A stretch of 64,000 bases of DNA from Candidatus Latescibacterota bacterium (GCA_965217585.1 OZ244561.1:2784001-2848000); one strand, 5' to 3'. Counted from the first letter of the stretch, positions 19,325 to 29,865 are shown. A program made the numbers and translations. The notes: generated from the sequence alone by a model not told the origin.

Positions 19325-20044
19325 ATGGCAGATCTAACAGGCAAAGTGGCGATCGTCGTCGGTGCCAGCAGCGGGATGGGTGAGGCGACGGCGAAAACCT
19401 ATGTCGAAGCCGGAGCAAAAGTGGTGCTGGCCGCCCGCAGCGGCGACAAACTGGAGGCGCTGGCTGAGGAGTTAGGTGAAAACGCCTTGGCGTGCGCCAC
19501 CGACGCGCGGGACAAGGCGGCTGCGGCGGCATTGGTCCAGCGGGCGGTAGCAGCGTATGGCCGAGTAGATATCCTGGCCTATGTGACGGGGACCAATATC
19601 TCGGATCGCGCATTGAAGGTGCTCACCGAGGAGACCTGGGAAATGATGCTCGGCACCAATCTGACGGGGGCGTTCCACTGCACCAAGGCCGCATTGCCGG
19701 TGATGCGCGAGCAGGGCACCGGATTGATCATTTACGTGTCGAGCGGTTGTGTGCAGAAGCCGGATGCCTCTGGGGTCTCTTATCAGGCGAGCAAGCACGG
19801 GATGGTCGGATTGGCCCACGGCACTTTCCAGGAAGAGAAGGAGAACGGCGTCCGCACCTGCGTGATCTTTCCGGGACTGACCGACACGCCGCTGGTGCTC
19901 AAGCGGCCGGTGCCCACCCCACCGGAGGTGATGGCCGAGGCGTTGATGCCGCAGGATGTGGCCGATGCCTGCCTCTTTGTCGCGGCGCTGCCGGCGCGGG
20001 CCTATGTGCCAGAGTTGGTGCTATTGCCAGCGGGACTTTCCTAA
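19325..20044 (+). CDS. Short-chain dehydrogenase/reductase
   Basis: VGASSGMG, NLTG and YQASK motifs. Confidence 0.9.
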   Translation: MADLTGKVAIVVGASSGMGEATAKTYVEAGAKVVLAARSGDKLEALAEELGENALACATDARDKAAAAALVQRAVAAYGRVDILAYVTGTNISDRALKVLTEETWEMMLGTNLTGAFHCTKAALPVMREQGTGLIIYVSSGCVQKPDASGVSYQASKHGMVGLAHGTFQEEKENGVRTCVIFPGLTDTPLVLKRPVPTPPEVMAEALMPQDVADACLFVAALPARAYVPELVLLPAGLS

Positions 20045-20065
20045 CGATCAAATGGAGGACAGACC

Positions 20066-20470
20066 ATGGGCGATATCTATCGAGTGCAAAATTGCTTCGG
20101 CCAACCGGCTGAAAATCACGGCCATCCCGGCAGTATCTCGCGGGTTATACTTGGCCCTGGAGCGCGTCGGAAGGAGCGCCCGGCCGCCATAAATACCGAG
20201 CGGCTAGTAATCCACACCAACGAATACGAGCCTGGCGGAGTCTCAGGTGACGGCCACGCTCACGCCGATCAGGAGCAGGCCTTTTACATCTTAGAAGGCG
20301 ATATCGAAGTTGAGGTGGGGAACGAGACCTATCAACTGGGGCCGGGCGACTGCGTGCTCCTGCCGCGCAATGTCTTTCACAAGCACCGCAATGTTGGCGA
20401 CAAGCCGCTGAAGTTTCTCTTTATCAGCGCGATGCTCGGCCATGAGTCGCCGTCGGGAGACAGGGGCTAG
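20066..20470 (+). CDS. Cupin domain protein
   Basis: HAHADQEQAFYILEG and GDCVLLPRNVFH motifs. Confidence 0.85.
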   Translation: MGDIYRVQNCFGQPAENHGHPGSISRVILGPGARRKERPAAINTERLVIHTNEYEPGGVSGDGHAHADQEQAFYILEGDIEVEVGNETYQLGPGDCVLLPRNVFHKHRNVGDKPLKFLFISAMLGHESPSGDRG

Positions 20471-20569
20471 TCTTTATCGCGTGAGGACATACTCAACCGC
20501 TTCACCCGACGGGTCGAAACGTTGGAAGGTTTTCAGCACCAGCAGCGCGCCCGCCAGCTTAAGCGACCA

Positions 20570-21304
20570 TTATTCTGAGGGCGGTGGCATATTCTGGCCG
20601 ATGGTCTCGATGACGACCCCGCCGATTAGCCAGAACAGCCACAGCAGTCCAAGTGCGAGAGTCGCCTTGCGCACGGGCGCGTCGGCCAGCGCGTTCAACC
20701 CGACGCCCATGATCCCAATCTGCCACAGATCAAAGGGGTTGAGGGCCATGAGCACCCGGCCGCCAAACGTGGCTGCGGCCTCCTCGGACAGAAAGGGCCC
20801 CAGCCCCAGATGCGCCCCAATGTCGCCGGTTGCCAGCACCAGCACCGCCCGCACCGCCCACTCGATAGCCACCACCAACGCCGCATACGCTTTGACTACC
20901 AGCATTTGCCGGTAGCTGACCGCGGCTTGGAAAACGGAGCGCGCCAGCCCCAAAAGCACGCCCCCGACCACGACTAATGAGGCAAAAAGCCCCACCGGGA
21001 TCATCATCCAGCCGTGCGCCCGCATCATGGCCGCGCTCTCTTTGTAGCGCTGCTGCTCAGCCTCGTCCATGCCCTCTAGATGCTGCTGTATAGCTGGGCC
21101 ATCTAGACCGGTTACAGCGTCTAAGGTCAGGTGGTATGCCCCGAGGCCCACGGCGCAGACGAGGAGGGCCGGTAGCAACCAGTCGTGCGCGGTCTCTTGG
21201 CCGCGCACTGCGGCAAAAGCTGTGCGCGGCGCGTAAAACACGCGCTGTATCCGCGCGAAGAGGCTCAGGTCTTCGGCGGCAAATCCCGGTCCGGTTGCAC
21301 TCAT
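20570..21304 (-). CDS. YIP1 family membrane protein
   Basis: VFYAPRTAF, multiple TM helices and NPFDLW. Confidence 0.7.
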   Translation of the reverse strand: MSATGPGFAAEDLSLFARIQRVFYAPRTAFAAVRGQETAHDWLLPALLVCAVGLGAYHLTLDAVTGLDGPAIQQHLEGMDEAEQQRYKESAAMMRAHGWMMIPVGLFASLVVVGGVLLGLARSVFQAAVSYRQMLVVKAYAALVVAIEWAVRAVLVLATGDIGAHLGLGPFLSEEAAATFGGRVLMALNPFDLWQIGIMGVGLNALADAPVRKATLALGLLWLFWLIGGVVIETIGQNMPPPSE

Positions 21305-21698
21305 GGGCCGTTTATCTCCATTGGTGAGACATGGATGGATGGACAAACGGATTGGGGCCGTCTATCCGGTTGTGAATTCCTTTAATATAGAGGCCGCAGT
21401 GCCAATGCCAAACCAAGGAGTGGAGGGGAAGGGATGGGTTTGAGCAGGTTGGACGGCCCGGCGGTAGGCGAATTAGTTGCTTGTGCTGCGGCTGAGATTG
21501 ACTATATTTAGCCAATCACTTGTCTCTGCAATAGTTGTAGGGGCGTTTATGGACCGCGTTGGCAGTCGTTCGGATCCGCGTAGATTCCTACCCCCGGGCC
21601 TGATGTAGTTTTCCTACCGAAAAGCCTGAAGCAGTAGATTCCTACTCAAAGTTATTCGCACGTTCTGCTCTAACCGCACATTGCAAAGGATTTTACCC

Positions 21699-21908
21699 AT
21701 GGCAGATCGCGAGAAGGGAACCGTAAAGTGGTTCAACGACGCGAAGGGCTTCGGATTTATCGAGCGCGAGAACGGCGAAGATGTCTTCGTCCATCACAGC
21801 GCGATCCGGGCCGAGGGTTTCCGCACCTTGTCCGACGGGCAGCAGGTGGAGTTTGAAGTCGTTCAGGGCAAGAAAGGCCCGGCGGCTGAGAGCGTCGTAG
21901 CACTTTAG
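21699..21908 (+). CDS. cspA: Cold-shock protein
   Basis: [15 protein letters not shown] and DVFVHHSAI (RNP1/RNP2). Confidence 0.95.
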   Translation: MADREKGTVKWFNDAKGFGFIERENGEDVFVHHSAIRAEGFRTLSDGQQVEFEVVQGKKGPAAESVVAL

Positions 21909-21932
21909 GCTTGTCCTCATAATAGTGCAAAA

Positions 21933-21969
21933 GGGGGTGATGTACACTGCATCACTCCCTTTTATTTTT
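21933..21969 (+). terminator. Terminator-like hairpin after csp
   Basis: GGGGGTGATGTA...TGCATCACTCCC followed by TTTTATTTTT. Confidence 0.6.
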
Positions 21970-21978
21970 GGAGTTTGG

Positions 21979-22248
21979 ATGAAGATTCGCGTCGATAATC
22001 TATCTGCTGACACCACCGAGGACGACCTCCGCACGCTGTTCGAGCTGTTTGGTGCCGTCGCCGCTGTCACTATTGATCCGCGCCGCCGCTGGGGCCAAAT
22101 CGACATGCCCAGCAAGGCCGCGGCCCGCGAGGCCATCGATATGCTCAACGGGCAACATCTCAAGGGCCTTGATATAGTCGTCGGGGAAATGCCCGACCGC
22201 CCCTCCGCGCGCCCGCGCGGCAAGCCTCGCAGGGGCCGACGGCGCTAG
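21979..22248 (+). CDS. RRM RNA-binding protein
   Basis: IRVDNLS..TTEDDL..LF..FG and AI..LNG patterns; basic tail. Confidence 0.8.
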   Translation: MKIRVDNLSADTTEDDLRTLFELFGAVAAVTIDPRRRWGQIDMPSKAAAREAIDMLNGQHLKGLDIVVGEMPDRPSARPRGKPRRGRRR

Positions 22249-22251
22249 CCC

Positions 22252-25200
22252 TTACTCGTACCACCGAGCTTGTAGGCTGAACAAACGGCTGTACTCTCCG
22301 CCTTGCTGCATCAGTGCCGCATGCGTCCCCTGCTCAACGATCTGTCCGCCTTTGAGCACGAGGATCCGGTCGGCGGCCCGGGCCGCGCCCAGCCGGTGTG
22401 AGATCATTACCGAAGCCTTGCCCCTCGTCATCTCCCCGAAGCGCCGATAGACCTCGGCCTCGGCCTTGGGATCGAGCGCGGCCGTCGGCTCGTCTAACAC
22501 CACGAACTCGGCCGCCCTCGCCAGCGCCCGGGCCGTGGCCAGCTTCTGCCACTCACCCGTAGATAAGTCAGTACCCCCTAGCTCCTTGCCCAGCAGGGCC
22601 TCGTACTGGCCGGGTAACCCGGCGATAAACTGCGCTGCTCCAGCTAGCTCTGCCGCCCGCTCGACAGAGGCGTCTTGCCCCAGCGCCCCAAAGGCGATGT
22701 TGTCGCGCACGGGAAATTGGAAGCGCACAAAGTCTTGGAAAACCGCGGCAAACAGCCGCCTGACTCGTTCCTGGGGATAGTCCAAAAGCGGCTTGTTGCC
22801 GAGCAAGATCCGTCCGCCCGTCGGTTGGTACAGCCCCAGCATCAGCTTGACCAAGGTCGTCTTGCCGGCCCCGTTTTCGCCGACTAGCGCGATGCGCTCG
22901 CCCGGCCGGATCTCTAGGTCGATGCCCGAGAGCACGAGGTCGCCGTCTGGATAGCGGAAGGATACCTGCTCAAAGCGCAACGGCCGGTTTTTTAGGTCTT
23001 GGCCTTCGTCCTCAGCCCCGAGGGACGCTGTGGGTGCCGTCAGAGCGAAAAATTCGTAGAGATCCCCCAGGTACAGCGACTCCTCATGCAGCGTGTTCAA
23101 GGAGCGCATGATCCCGCCGAGCTGCCAAGCAAACTGCAGTACGGCCCGCGCCAACATGCCGTACTGGCCGATAGTTAGCTGCGCCCCGGCGACCAACCAG
23201 ACGAGGATCGTCAAGCAGCCCACGTATCCCCAGCCCCCGATGCTGGAGCTCAGCCCGCCGAGCCAAGCTCGTTTGGCCTCTAGCCCGCGGCGCTCCGTGG
23301 CCAGCGCGACGGCCTTCTCGCGCCACGTGTCGAGTAAGTGGTCACGCAGCGTGAAGAGCCGCACCTCCATGGCTTGTTCGCGCTCGGTCAGCAATTCGCG
23401 GAAGTAGGATGCTTCGCGGTATTGCGGCGTGCGCTCGCGATAGACGTAGTGCGTCTTTTTGCTGATCCGCATCATCACCCACACCCCCGGGACCGAGCCG
23501 ATCAAGGTCAGCGGCCCCAAGGCCCAGTGCCCAGTTAGCAGCACCCCTACGACCGCGACCATCCCCCCCAGAGCACCGACCGTGTCTAGCGCTACGTTGA
23601 GCAGGCTGAGGAGCCGGCCGCTCAGGTCCTCGTTGGCTCGCTTGAGCGCATCGTAGAACGCGGGGTGCTCGAAGTGGACCAGCTCGACCTTTTGCACCTT
23701 GTCCACGACTTGCCGCTGCAAGCGCACGCTGATTCTATCGAAGTACGCGCGCGACAGAGCCAGCTTCTGCCACTGTCCGCGCGATAGATCCTGCCCGCCC
23801 TCGAAGTAGCGGCCCAGCGTGGTGTCGTAGCGCTCGGCCAAGGACTCGATCAGCAGCGCACTGCCACCCGCTGTTGCGGCCCGCTCCACCCGGGCCTGAT
23901 TGGCGAGGGCTTCGGCTTGGCCATAGCCGATGTTTTCGCGCGCGGTGCGCTGGTATTGCACGAAGTCTTGGAAGACCGCGGCGCAGCGCTGCCGCAAGAC
24001 CTGCGGGTTGATTTCGCGGCCGTCCACTCCGTTGTAGAGGACGCGCCCCGCGCTTGGCTGGTACAGCCCTAAGATCAGCTTGATTAGGGTCGTCTTGCCG
24101 GCTCCGTTTTCGCCCACTAGTGCGAGCTTCTCCCCCGGCCTAATCCGCAGATTGACCCCGCTGAGCACGGGCGGCCCGTCACCATAGGCAAACCCCGCGT
24201 CTTCCACCGCGATTTCCAGCGGCGCGGCCGGCAGGGCCACTTGGCCTTCCGGCTCGGTTGGCGACTCGACGAAGTCGCGCAAGTCGCGGATGTGGAGTGC
24301 TTGCTCAAAGACATTGCCCATCTGGCGCAGCAGTTGGAAGAGCGTGCCTTGGAAGCGCGTGATGGCCTCGGCGAGGGCGAAGAAGCCCCCCAAGGTCAGG
24401 GCACCATAGGTGGCTTGATAGAGCAAGATGACCAGCGACAAAAGCGCCGAAATGATGCCGCTTAGCCGCCCGCCGAACATATAGCGCTGCTGTTGCAGGG
24501 TCAGCCGCAGTCGCTGCTGCCTGAGCGTTTGCGCCACCTGCTCATAGGTGCGGACGAGGAGATCGCCCAGTCCGTAGAGCCGGATTTCTTTGGCCGCGTC
24601 GCGGTCGGTCATCAGCTCGACCAAGTACTCGGCGCGTCGCTGTTTGGGCGTCTGCTGGTGAAAGAGCGCGTAGATTTCGCGGCCTCGCCGAATTTGGGTG
24701 TAGAAAACCGGAGCCGTGCCCAAGAATAGCACCACCGGGATCGACCAGTGCCCGGTGGCAAACAGCGCGATTAGCGTGCAGAGCATGACAAAGCCTTCGA
24801 GCGCGGCGGTGGCGTCGCGGAAGATGCCGTAGGCGCGGTAGTACGCGGCCTGCCGCGCCCGCTGCATGCGGTCGAAAAATTCTCGGCGTTCAAAGGCGTC
24901 CAACCCCACGCCGGCCGCTTGGTCGAGGACCCGCTCTTGGAGCTTCCAGCTAGTCTGCTCCCGCATGGCCGCGGCCGAGTGCCCCTGCACCGCCTCCAGC
25001 CCAGCCTCCAACATCTGCAAGCCAGCCAAGCCGGCCAGCAGGGGAGCCACGGCTATCAACTGGTCCTCGCCTTGGCCGAAGCCGGCGTGGACTGCATCGA
25101 CGAGCTCCTTGATCAACAGGATGCGCCCGGCCGGCAACAGGGCGGTTAGGAACTGCGCGCTGGTGTTTAAGAGCATGGCCTTGGGTGAGCCGCGCCACAG

Positions 25201-25269
25201 GATGCCGGCAAACCAAGTCAAGGCACGGCGCACCTCGCGGGGGTGGACTTTGGGGGGGGATGGATTCAC
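22252..25269 (-). CDS. Fused pair of ABC exporter genes (TMD-NBD'-TMD'-NBD), probably a deletion product
   Basis: Two GENGAGKT Walker A motifs. NBD1 stops after LSRGQWQKLALSRAY with no Walker B; NBD2 is complete (LDEPT, SHR). Confidence 0.75.
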   Translation of the reverse strand: MNPSPPKVHPREVRRALTWFAGILWRGSPKAMLLNTSAQFLTALLPAGRILLIKELVDAVHAGFGQGEDQLIAVAPLLAGLAGLQMLEAGLEAVQGHSAAAMREQTSWKLQERVLDQAAGVGLDAFERREFFDRMQRARQAAYYRAYGIFRDATAALEGFVMLCTLIALFATGHWSIPVVLFLGTAPVFYTQIRRGREIYALFHQQTPKQRRAEYLVELMTDRDAAKEIRLYGLGDLLVRTYEQVAQTLRQQRLRLTLQQQRYMFGGRLSGIISALLSLVILLYQATYGALTLGGFFALAEAITRFQGTLFQLLRQMGNVFEQALHIRDLRDFVESPTEPEGQVALPAAPLEIAVEDAGFAYGDGPPVLSGVNLRIRPGEKLALVGENGAGKTTLIKLILGLYQPSAGRVLYNGVDGREINPQVLRQRCAAVFQDFVQYQRTARENIGYGQAEALANQARVERAATAGGSALLIESLAERYDTTLGRYFEGGQDLSRGQWQKLALSRAYFDRISVRLQRQVVDKVQKVELVHFEHPAFYDALKRANEDLSGRLLSLLNVALDTVGALGGMVAVVGVLLTGHWALGPLTLIGSVPGVWVMMRISKKTHYVYRERTPQYREASYFRELLTEREQAMEVRLFTLRDHLLDTWREKAVALATERRGLEAKRAWLGGLSSSIGGWGYVGCLTILVWLVAGAQLTIGQYGMLARAVLQFAWQLGGIMRSLNTLHEESLYLGDLYEFFALTAPTASLGAEDEGQDLKNRPLRFEQVSFRYPDGDLVLSGIDLEIRPGERIALVGENGAGKTTLVKLMLGLYQPTGGRILLGNKPLLDYPQERVRRLFAAVFQDFVRFQFPVRDNIAFGALGQDASVERAAELAGAAQFIAGLPGQYEALLGKELGGTDLSTGEWQKLATARALARAAEFVVLDEPTAALDPKAEAEVYRRFGEMTRGKASVMISHRLGAARAADRILVLKGGQIVEQGTHAALMQQGGEYSRLFSLQARWYE

Positions 25270-25421
25270 TTTGTGGTTGGATTAGAAGGATGGCGGCGCT
25301 GGTCCACGCGCCTTGTGCTATCTATTGGTTTCTGTCCTAATTAATCTATTGCCCGGCACAGTCGCCACCCTGCGCAACGGGCGGTTTTTCTCGCTGCCGC
25401 AACCAACGCTAGGCTTTGCTC

Positions 25422-27977
25422 ATGCACGATATAGCACTCGACTTACTCATCTTGCTCGCCGGGATCTGGCTAGTGGCCGTGACCTTGCGGCCGCTGGGCC
25501 TGCCGACGGTGATGGGCGAACTGATCGTCGGGGTCTTGGTGGGGCCGGCGGTCTTCGGCTGGATCGAGCCGAACGAGGCCATCCAATTGTTGGCCGAGAT
25601 CGGCATCTTCTTTCTGATGTTCCACGCCGGGGTGGAGACCCAGCCCAACGAGTTTTTCAACGCGCTCAAGCGCTCGCTAGGGGTGGCGATTGCAGGGGCC
25701 GCAGTGCCTTTTGCCGTCAGCTTTGCTGTCGCACAATTCTTCGGGCTGGATCTTGTCGCCTCTATCTTCGTGGGGCTGATCATTGGAACCGCTACCGCAG
25801 TCGTAATCACCCTCAAAAGTCTCAAGGACTTGGGGTTGACCGATACCCGCATTGCGCGGATCATCGTCGCTAGCTGCGTCATCAACGACCTTTTGACCTT
25901 GATCTTTTTTAGCCTAGTGACCGGCGCACTCTCCAGCGGGACCTTTGCCCCCTTGGACCTAGTGGTCAACTTGGGCAAGGTTGTGGGCTTCTTCGCGGTC
26001 GCGTTGCTTTTGGGCACCTTTGTCTATCCCCGCCTCACCCTGCCCTTCCGCGCCGAAGGCGGCAAGGGCTTCACCTTTGTGTTGCTGGCCGCCATTGCCG
26101 CCGGTCTTTTTGCCGAGGCTATTGGGCTGCACATGATCTTGGGTGCCTACTTGGCGGGTCTGTTCTTCGAGGAGCGCGTCGCCCATCCCAACTTGGTAAA
26201 GGTGGTAAACGACCGCGCGTACGGCATCGCCTATTCGTTCCTCGGGCCGATCTTCTTCATCTCGCTGGGCTTTTCCATTTCGTTTAACATTAGCGCGTCG
26301 GGCGTGGCGTTTATCGCGCTTCTGGCAGTGACAGTCATCGCCGGGCAGGTGCTTAGTGCCGGCAGCATGGCGCTGCGCATTGGCATGCCTTGGCGAGAGG
26401 CGCTGACGGTGGGCGTAGGCATGTGCGGCCGCGCCGAGATGGCGTTTATCTTGGCCGCGCTGGCTTTGGCTCAAGGGGCAATCGATCAGGCGACCTTTAG
26501 CATTTTGATCTTCACCGCGTTCCTGTTAAATCTCTTCACGCCGTTGGCGCTCAAGGGCTGCTCAGTCCTCCTAGAAGGCCGAGTGGCGCATGGAGGGGAC
26601 ACCCAACTCGGAGTGTTTCAGATCGACAAGTTCAATACCCCACTCGTCGCCGAGAATCCAACCGGACGCGCCTTGCCCGCAGTGGAGGATGCTGTGGTCA
26701 TCTATAGATACGGGCCAGAGGTCGAGACCCTAATAGAAGAGCTTTCCAGCCGGCACCTGCCGCTGGTGGTGATCGAAGAGGACGAGGTGACGGTGCAGCA
26801 GCTCCAGACAAACGCCGATGTGCAGGTCGTACATGCGCACCTAGCGGCGGAGACTCTGGACCTGCGGCCGTTGACCAAGGCGAAGGCGCTGGTGGCCAAT
26901 GGCTCAGACGACGACAACGCTCTGTTCGCGCTCAGTGCCCGCGAACAGGGCTTCGTCGGTCCCATTGTGGCGATGATCGAGCACCCCCAGCGTCGCGGCC
27001 CCATGTTACTGGCGGGCGCGACTGCGGCTTTTACCCCCAACCACGTTCTCGCCGCGGCGATTGCCGTCCGCGCCAGCGCGAAGATCGGGCCGCGGGTGGC
27101 GGGCGTAGAGCCGCTCGACTCATTCCTCGAAGTGGCCGAGCTGCGCGTTCACGACCAAAGCCCGCTCGCCAACCGCACCTTGGCCGAGACCGAGCTATAC
27201 ACCCGGACCGGTGCCCACATCGTCGGGCAGTGGGCCGACGACACGCTCGGCTCGCCGCCGACTGCTGCGGAAAAACTACAGCCCGGAGCCATTCTGGTGG
27301 CGGTCGGCACGCCTGAGAGCATTCACCGGTTAAACGAGATGTCCCGGCCGATTACCCAGCAGGGGCCGATTCTGGTGATTGGCTTTGCCGATGTCGGGCA
27401 GAAGCTGGTCGAGATTCTCCGCGCTGCGGGCGAGGACGTGCGGGTCGTCGATGAGGTTGAAAGCGCCGGAGTCGATGTAGTCGGTGATGTACTCGATGTG
27501 CGCGTCCTCGACCGCGCCGCCATTGCGGAAGCGCGGGTCGTCATCCTCGCCCTCGACAGCGACGGGGCCGCCCTGTTTACCGCGGCGGTGGTCCGCGATC
27601 ACGTCCCGGAGATTCCCCTGTTGGCCTGCGTGTCCCACGTTGAAAACGCAGACCGAGTGCAGCGCGCCGGCGCTGATTTTGCGCTCTCGGTCAGCCAAGT
27701 CGCCGGCCAGTTGCTAGTCCACCACGTCCTCGGGGAAACGGTTTCGCACAAACCCCGGATCAAGATGGTCAAGCTCAGGCCCGGCTCCCTCGCCGGACGC
27801 CACCCGCTCGCAGCGCGCATCCGCGAGCGCACGGGTTGCTCGGTGGTGGCTGTCGAGCGGGCCGGCGAGGTGCTCATGGACATCCCGGCTTCGTTCGTGC
27901 TCACGCCCGAGGACGCGCTCTACATCTGCGGCACGCCCGCGGCCTTTGACCGCTACTACGAAGAATTTCCGACTTAG
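25422..27977 (+). CDS. Cation:proton antiporter (CPA2/Kef-like) with tandem TrkA-N/TrkA-C domains
   Basis: GELIVGVLVGP, INDL, FFISLG and GRAE motifs; two RCK repeats. Confidence 0.85.
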   Translation: MHDIALDLLILLAGIWLVAVTLRPLGLPTVMGELIVGVLVGPAVFGWIEPNEAIQLLAEIGIFFLMFHAGVETQPNEFFNALKRSLGVAIAGAAVPFAVSFAVAQFFGLDLVASIFVGLIIGTATAVVITLKSLKDLGLTDTRIARIIVASCVINDLLTLIFFSLVTGALSSGTFAPLDLVVNLGKVVGFFAVALLLGTFVYPRLTLPFRAEGGKGFTFVLLAAIAAGLFAEAIGLHMILGAYLAGLFFEERVAHPNLVKVVNDRAYGIAYSFLGPIFFISLGFSISFNISASGVAFIALLAVTVIAGQVLSAGSMALRIGMPWREALTVGVGMCGRAEMAFILAALALAQGAIDQATFSILIFTAFLLNLFTPLALKGCSVLLEGRVAHGGDTQLGVFQIDKFNTPLVAENPTGRALPAVEDAVVIYRYGPEVETLIEELSSRHLPLVVIEEDEVTVQQLQTNADVQVVHAHLAAETLDLRPLTKAKALVANGSDDDNALFALSAREQGFVGPIVAMIEHPQRRGPMLLAGATAAFTPNHVLAAAIAVRASAKIGPRVAGVEPLDSFLEVAELRVHDQSPLANRTLAETELYTRTGAHIVGQWADDTLGSPPTAAEKLQPGAILVAVGTPESIHRLNEMSRPITQQGPILVIGFADVGQKLVEILRAAGEDVRVVDEVESAGVDVVGDVLDVRVLDRAAIAEARVVILALDSDGAALFTAAVVRDHVPEIPLLACVSHVENADRVQRAGADFALSVSQVAGQLLVHHVLGETVSHKPRIKMVKLRPGSLAGRHPLAARIRERTGCSVVAVERAGEVLMDIPASFVLTPEDALYICGTPAAFDRYYEEFPT

Positions 27978-28795
27978 GAAGGTGGATAGGCCCGGAACAA
28001 GTCCCGTTGCGCTTCGGTGAGGCGGGCGAACGTCTCCGGGGTGATGTGCTGCTTTTCGTCCATGGTGGCGATGTTTTGCGACATCATCCAGTGCGGCCCG
28101 TAGCCCACGTGCAGGGTCTTGCGCGTCTGCTCAGAGAGGTTGGTGAAGCCGCCGTGGCGCAGGTTTTCGGTGAAGAGGATCGCGTCTCCGGCCTTGACCG
28201 CTAGGCCGATCATGTCGGGGTCTTCGTCCGGGTCGTTGCTGTGGGGCGAGGGCAGATTGGTCTTGTGCGTTCCCGGTACCACGCAAAAGGCCCCCTGCTC
28301 ATTGGTGCAATCGTGGATGAAATAGACCATCCGCACCATCATGCAGTCGATGCCGTGCTCGGTGTAGCTATAGCGATACTTTTGGTTGGCCGAGACGGTG
28401 CCGCCGTGGCAGCCGGTGGCGTTGCCTTGGTAGCGGATGCGGATCTCGGAATTGTTGATCGTTGGCCGCTGTTTGACGATGCCGTGGATATAGTCCATCG
28501 TCGGCGGGTGGTCGAGCAAAACGTCGAAGGCCGGGTTGGCGTTCCAGAAGTCTTCGACCATCAGGGTCTTGCCCTCGGCCCGCTCGCCATTGGCGTGATA
28601 GCCGCGCTCGGGATTGGCGTGGTAGTTGGCTCCCCAGCCGCTTTGCTTGCGCGGTGGTTGGGTGACATGCGCGAGCGAGTGTTCTTCTAGCTCATCCACG
28701 GCCTCGGCCAGCGCGGCCACTTGGGTCTCGTTCAGCAGCTTCTCAATGACGATGTAGCCCTGGCGATCGAATTCAAAGGTTTCGATTTCGTTCAC
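27974..28795 (-). CDS. PhyH family dioxygenase
   Basis: FDRQGY, CVVPGTHK and AGDAILFTENLRHG motifs. Confidence 0.85.
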   Translation of the reverse strand: MNEIETFEFDRQGYIVIEKLLNETQVAALAEAVDELEEHSLAHVTQPPRKQSGWGANYHANPERGYHANGERAEGKTLMVEDFWNANPAFDVLLDHPPTMDYIHGIVKQRPTINNSEIRIRYQGNATGCHGGTVSANQKYRYSYTEHGIDCMMVRMVYFIHDCTNEQGAFCVVPGTHKTNLPSPHSNDPDEDPDMIGLAVKAGDAILFTENLRHGGFTNLSEQTRKTLHVGYGPHWMMSQNIATMDEKQHITPETFARLTEAQRDLFRAYPPS

Positions 28796-28810
28796 GTGTT
28801 GCTCCTTTTG

Positions 28811-29611
28811 TTATTTGAACCACCCGGCCAAGTTGCCCCCCTTTACCAGCGCACGCTCGGCTGCTGAGTAGCTCGCTAAATGCGCATCGACAATCGCCGG
28901 CGCGCCGCTGCCCCAGACCATGCGCTCCGGCCCAAAGGCTTCGATCACGCGCCGCGTAAAGGACTTGGCACTTTCGTATAGCGGCGCGTCTTGGGCGAAG
29001 TGGCCGAGGCCGGAGAGCTTCATATAGACCTCGGCGTCAGCACAGCCCAGCTCCAGTATATCGGCATATTCGACCGCGCTGCCCAGATGCGGCTCGGCTA
29101 GGTGGTCGATCAGCGTCACTGTCTGGGGAATGTCGCGCAAGACTTGGGCGACTTGGGCACCGTAGTTAGGCCCGATGTGCAATTCGACGATCAAGCCTAG
29201 CTCCACCGCCTTTTCCCACAGGGCGCGCACCCCTTTGTCGTTGAAGCTGTCGAGATACAGCTCCTTGCCGCGGTGTGCGTGAAAGCGGGTGGCGATGATC
29301 TTGGGCTCGCGAGCGACTAGCTCGGCCAACTTTTGGGGCGCGTCTGGGTCCTTGGGATAAAATAGCGACGTGCCCCGCAGCCGTTCCGGTTCGCGCTCCA
29401 GACATTCGAGTATCAGCCGGTGATCGTCTCCATACGGCTCGGGATGGACGACGACGGCCCGGTCGATGCCAGCATCCGCCATGCGCTGTAAATAGGCTCC
29501 CAATGGGTCTGGGGGATGTACGGAAACATCCGGTCGGTAGGCCGCCCTGTGATGCAAGGGATAGCGCTGGGTATCGGGGCTGAAAATGTGGGTGTTCCAC
29601 TCGACGATCAT
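28811..29611 (-). CDS. Amidohydrolase_2 family protein
   Basis: MIVEWNTH, IDHLAEP, YMKLSG and FGPERMVWGS; start set at the ATG after GAGGAG. Confidence 0.8.
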   Translation of the reverse strand: MIVEWNTHIFSPDTQRYPLHHRAAYRPDVSVHPPDPLGAYLQRMADAGIDRAVVVHPEPYGDDHRLILECLEREPERLRGTSLFYPKDPDAPQKLAELVAREPKIIATRFHAHRGKELYLDSFNDKGVRALWEKAVELGLIVELHIGPNYGAQVAQVLRDIPQTVTLIDHLAEPHLGSAVEYADILELGCADAEVYMKLSGLGHFAQDAPLYESAKSFTRRVIEAFGPERMVWGSGAPAIVDAHLASYSAAERALVKGGNLAGWFK

Positions 29612-29743
29612 CGGGCCGTCTCCTCTTGCAAGGCAACAGTACCACGCTTGTCCGCGACTGTCAAACGGCCCTGCCGCAACCTTGACAATACAGTTTGAGG
29701 ATTCTATTTTTTGTAACCTACAGGTTGAAAACGAACTTTCTTT

Positions 29744-29819
29744 GGCCCGTTCGTCTAGAGGCCTAGGACGCCGGCCTCTCACGCCGGTAACACGGGTTCG
29801 AATCCCGTACGGGCTACCA
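29744..29819 (+). tRNA. tRNA-Glu (anticodon CTC)
   Basis: GGCCCGT acceptor stem, CCGGC-CTCTCAC-GCCGG anticodon arm, GGTTCGAATCC T-arm and encoded CCA; 76 nt. Confidence 0.97.
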
Positions 29820-29826
29820 ATTATTG

Positions 29827-29865
29827 ACCCCAGGTTGGCTACACTAACCTGGGGTTTTCTTTTTG
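29827..29865 (+). terminator. Intrinsic terminator after tRNA-Glu
   Basis: ACCCCAGGTT...AACCTGGGGT followed by TTTCTTTTT. Confidence 0.8.

Noticed and set aside
25270-25421. Ion or c-di-AMP riboswitch upstream of the antiporter
   Set aside because: Only a weak GCCCG/CGGGC hairpin; no recognisable aptamer consensus.
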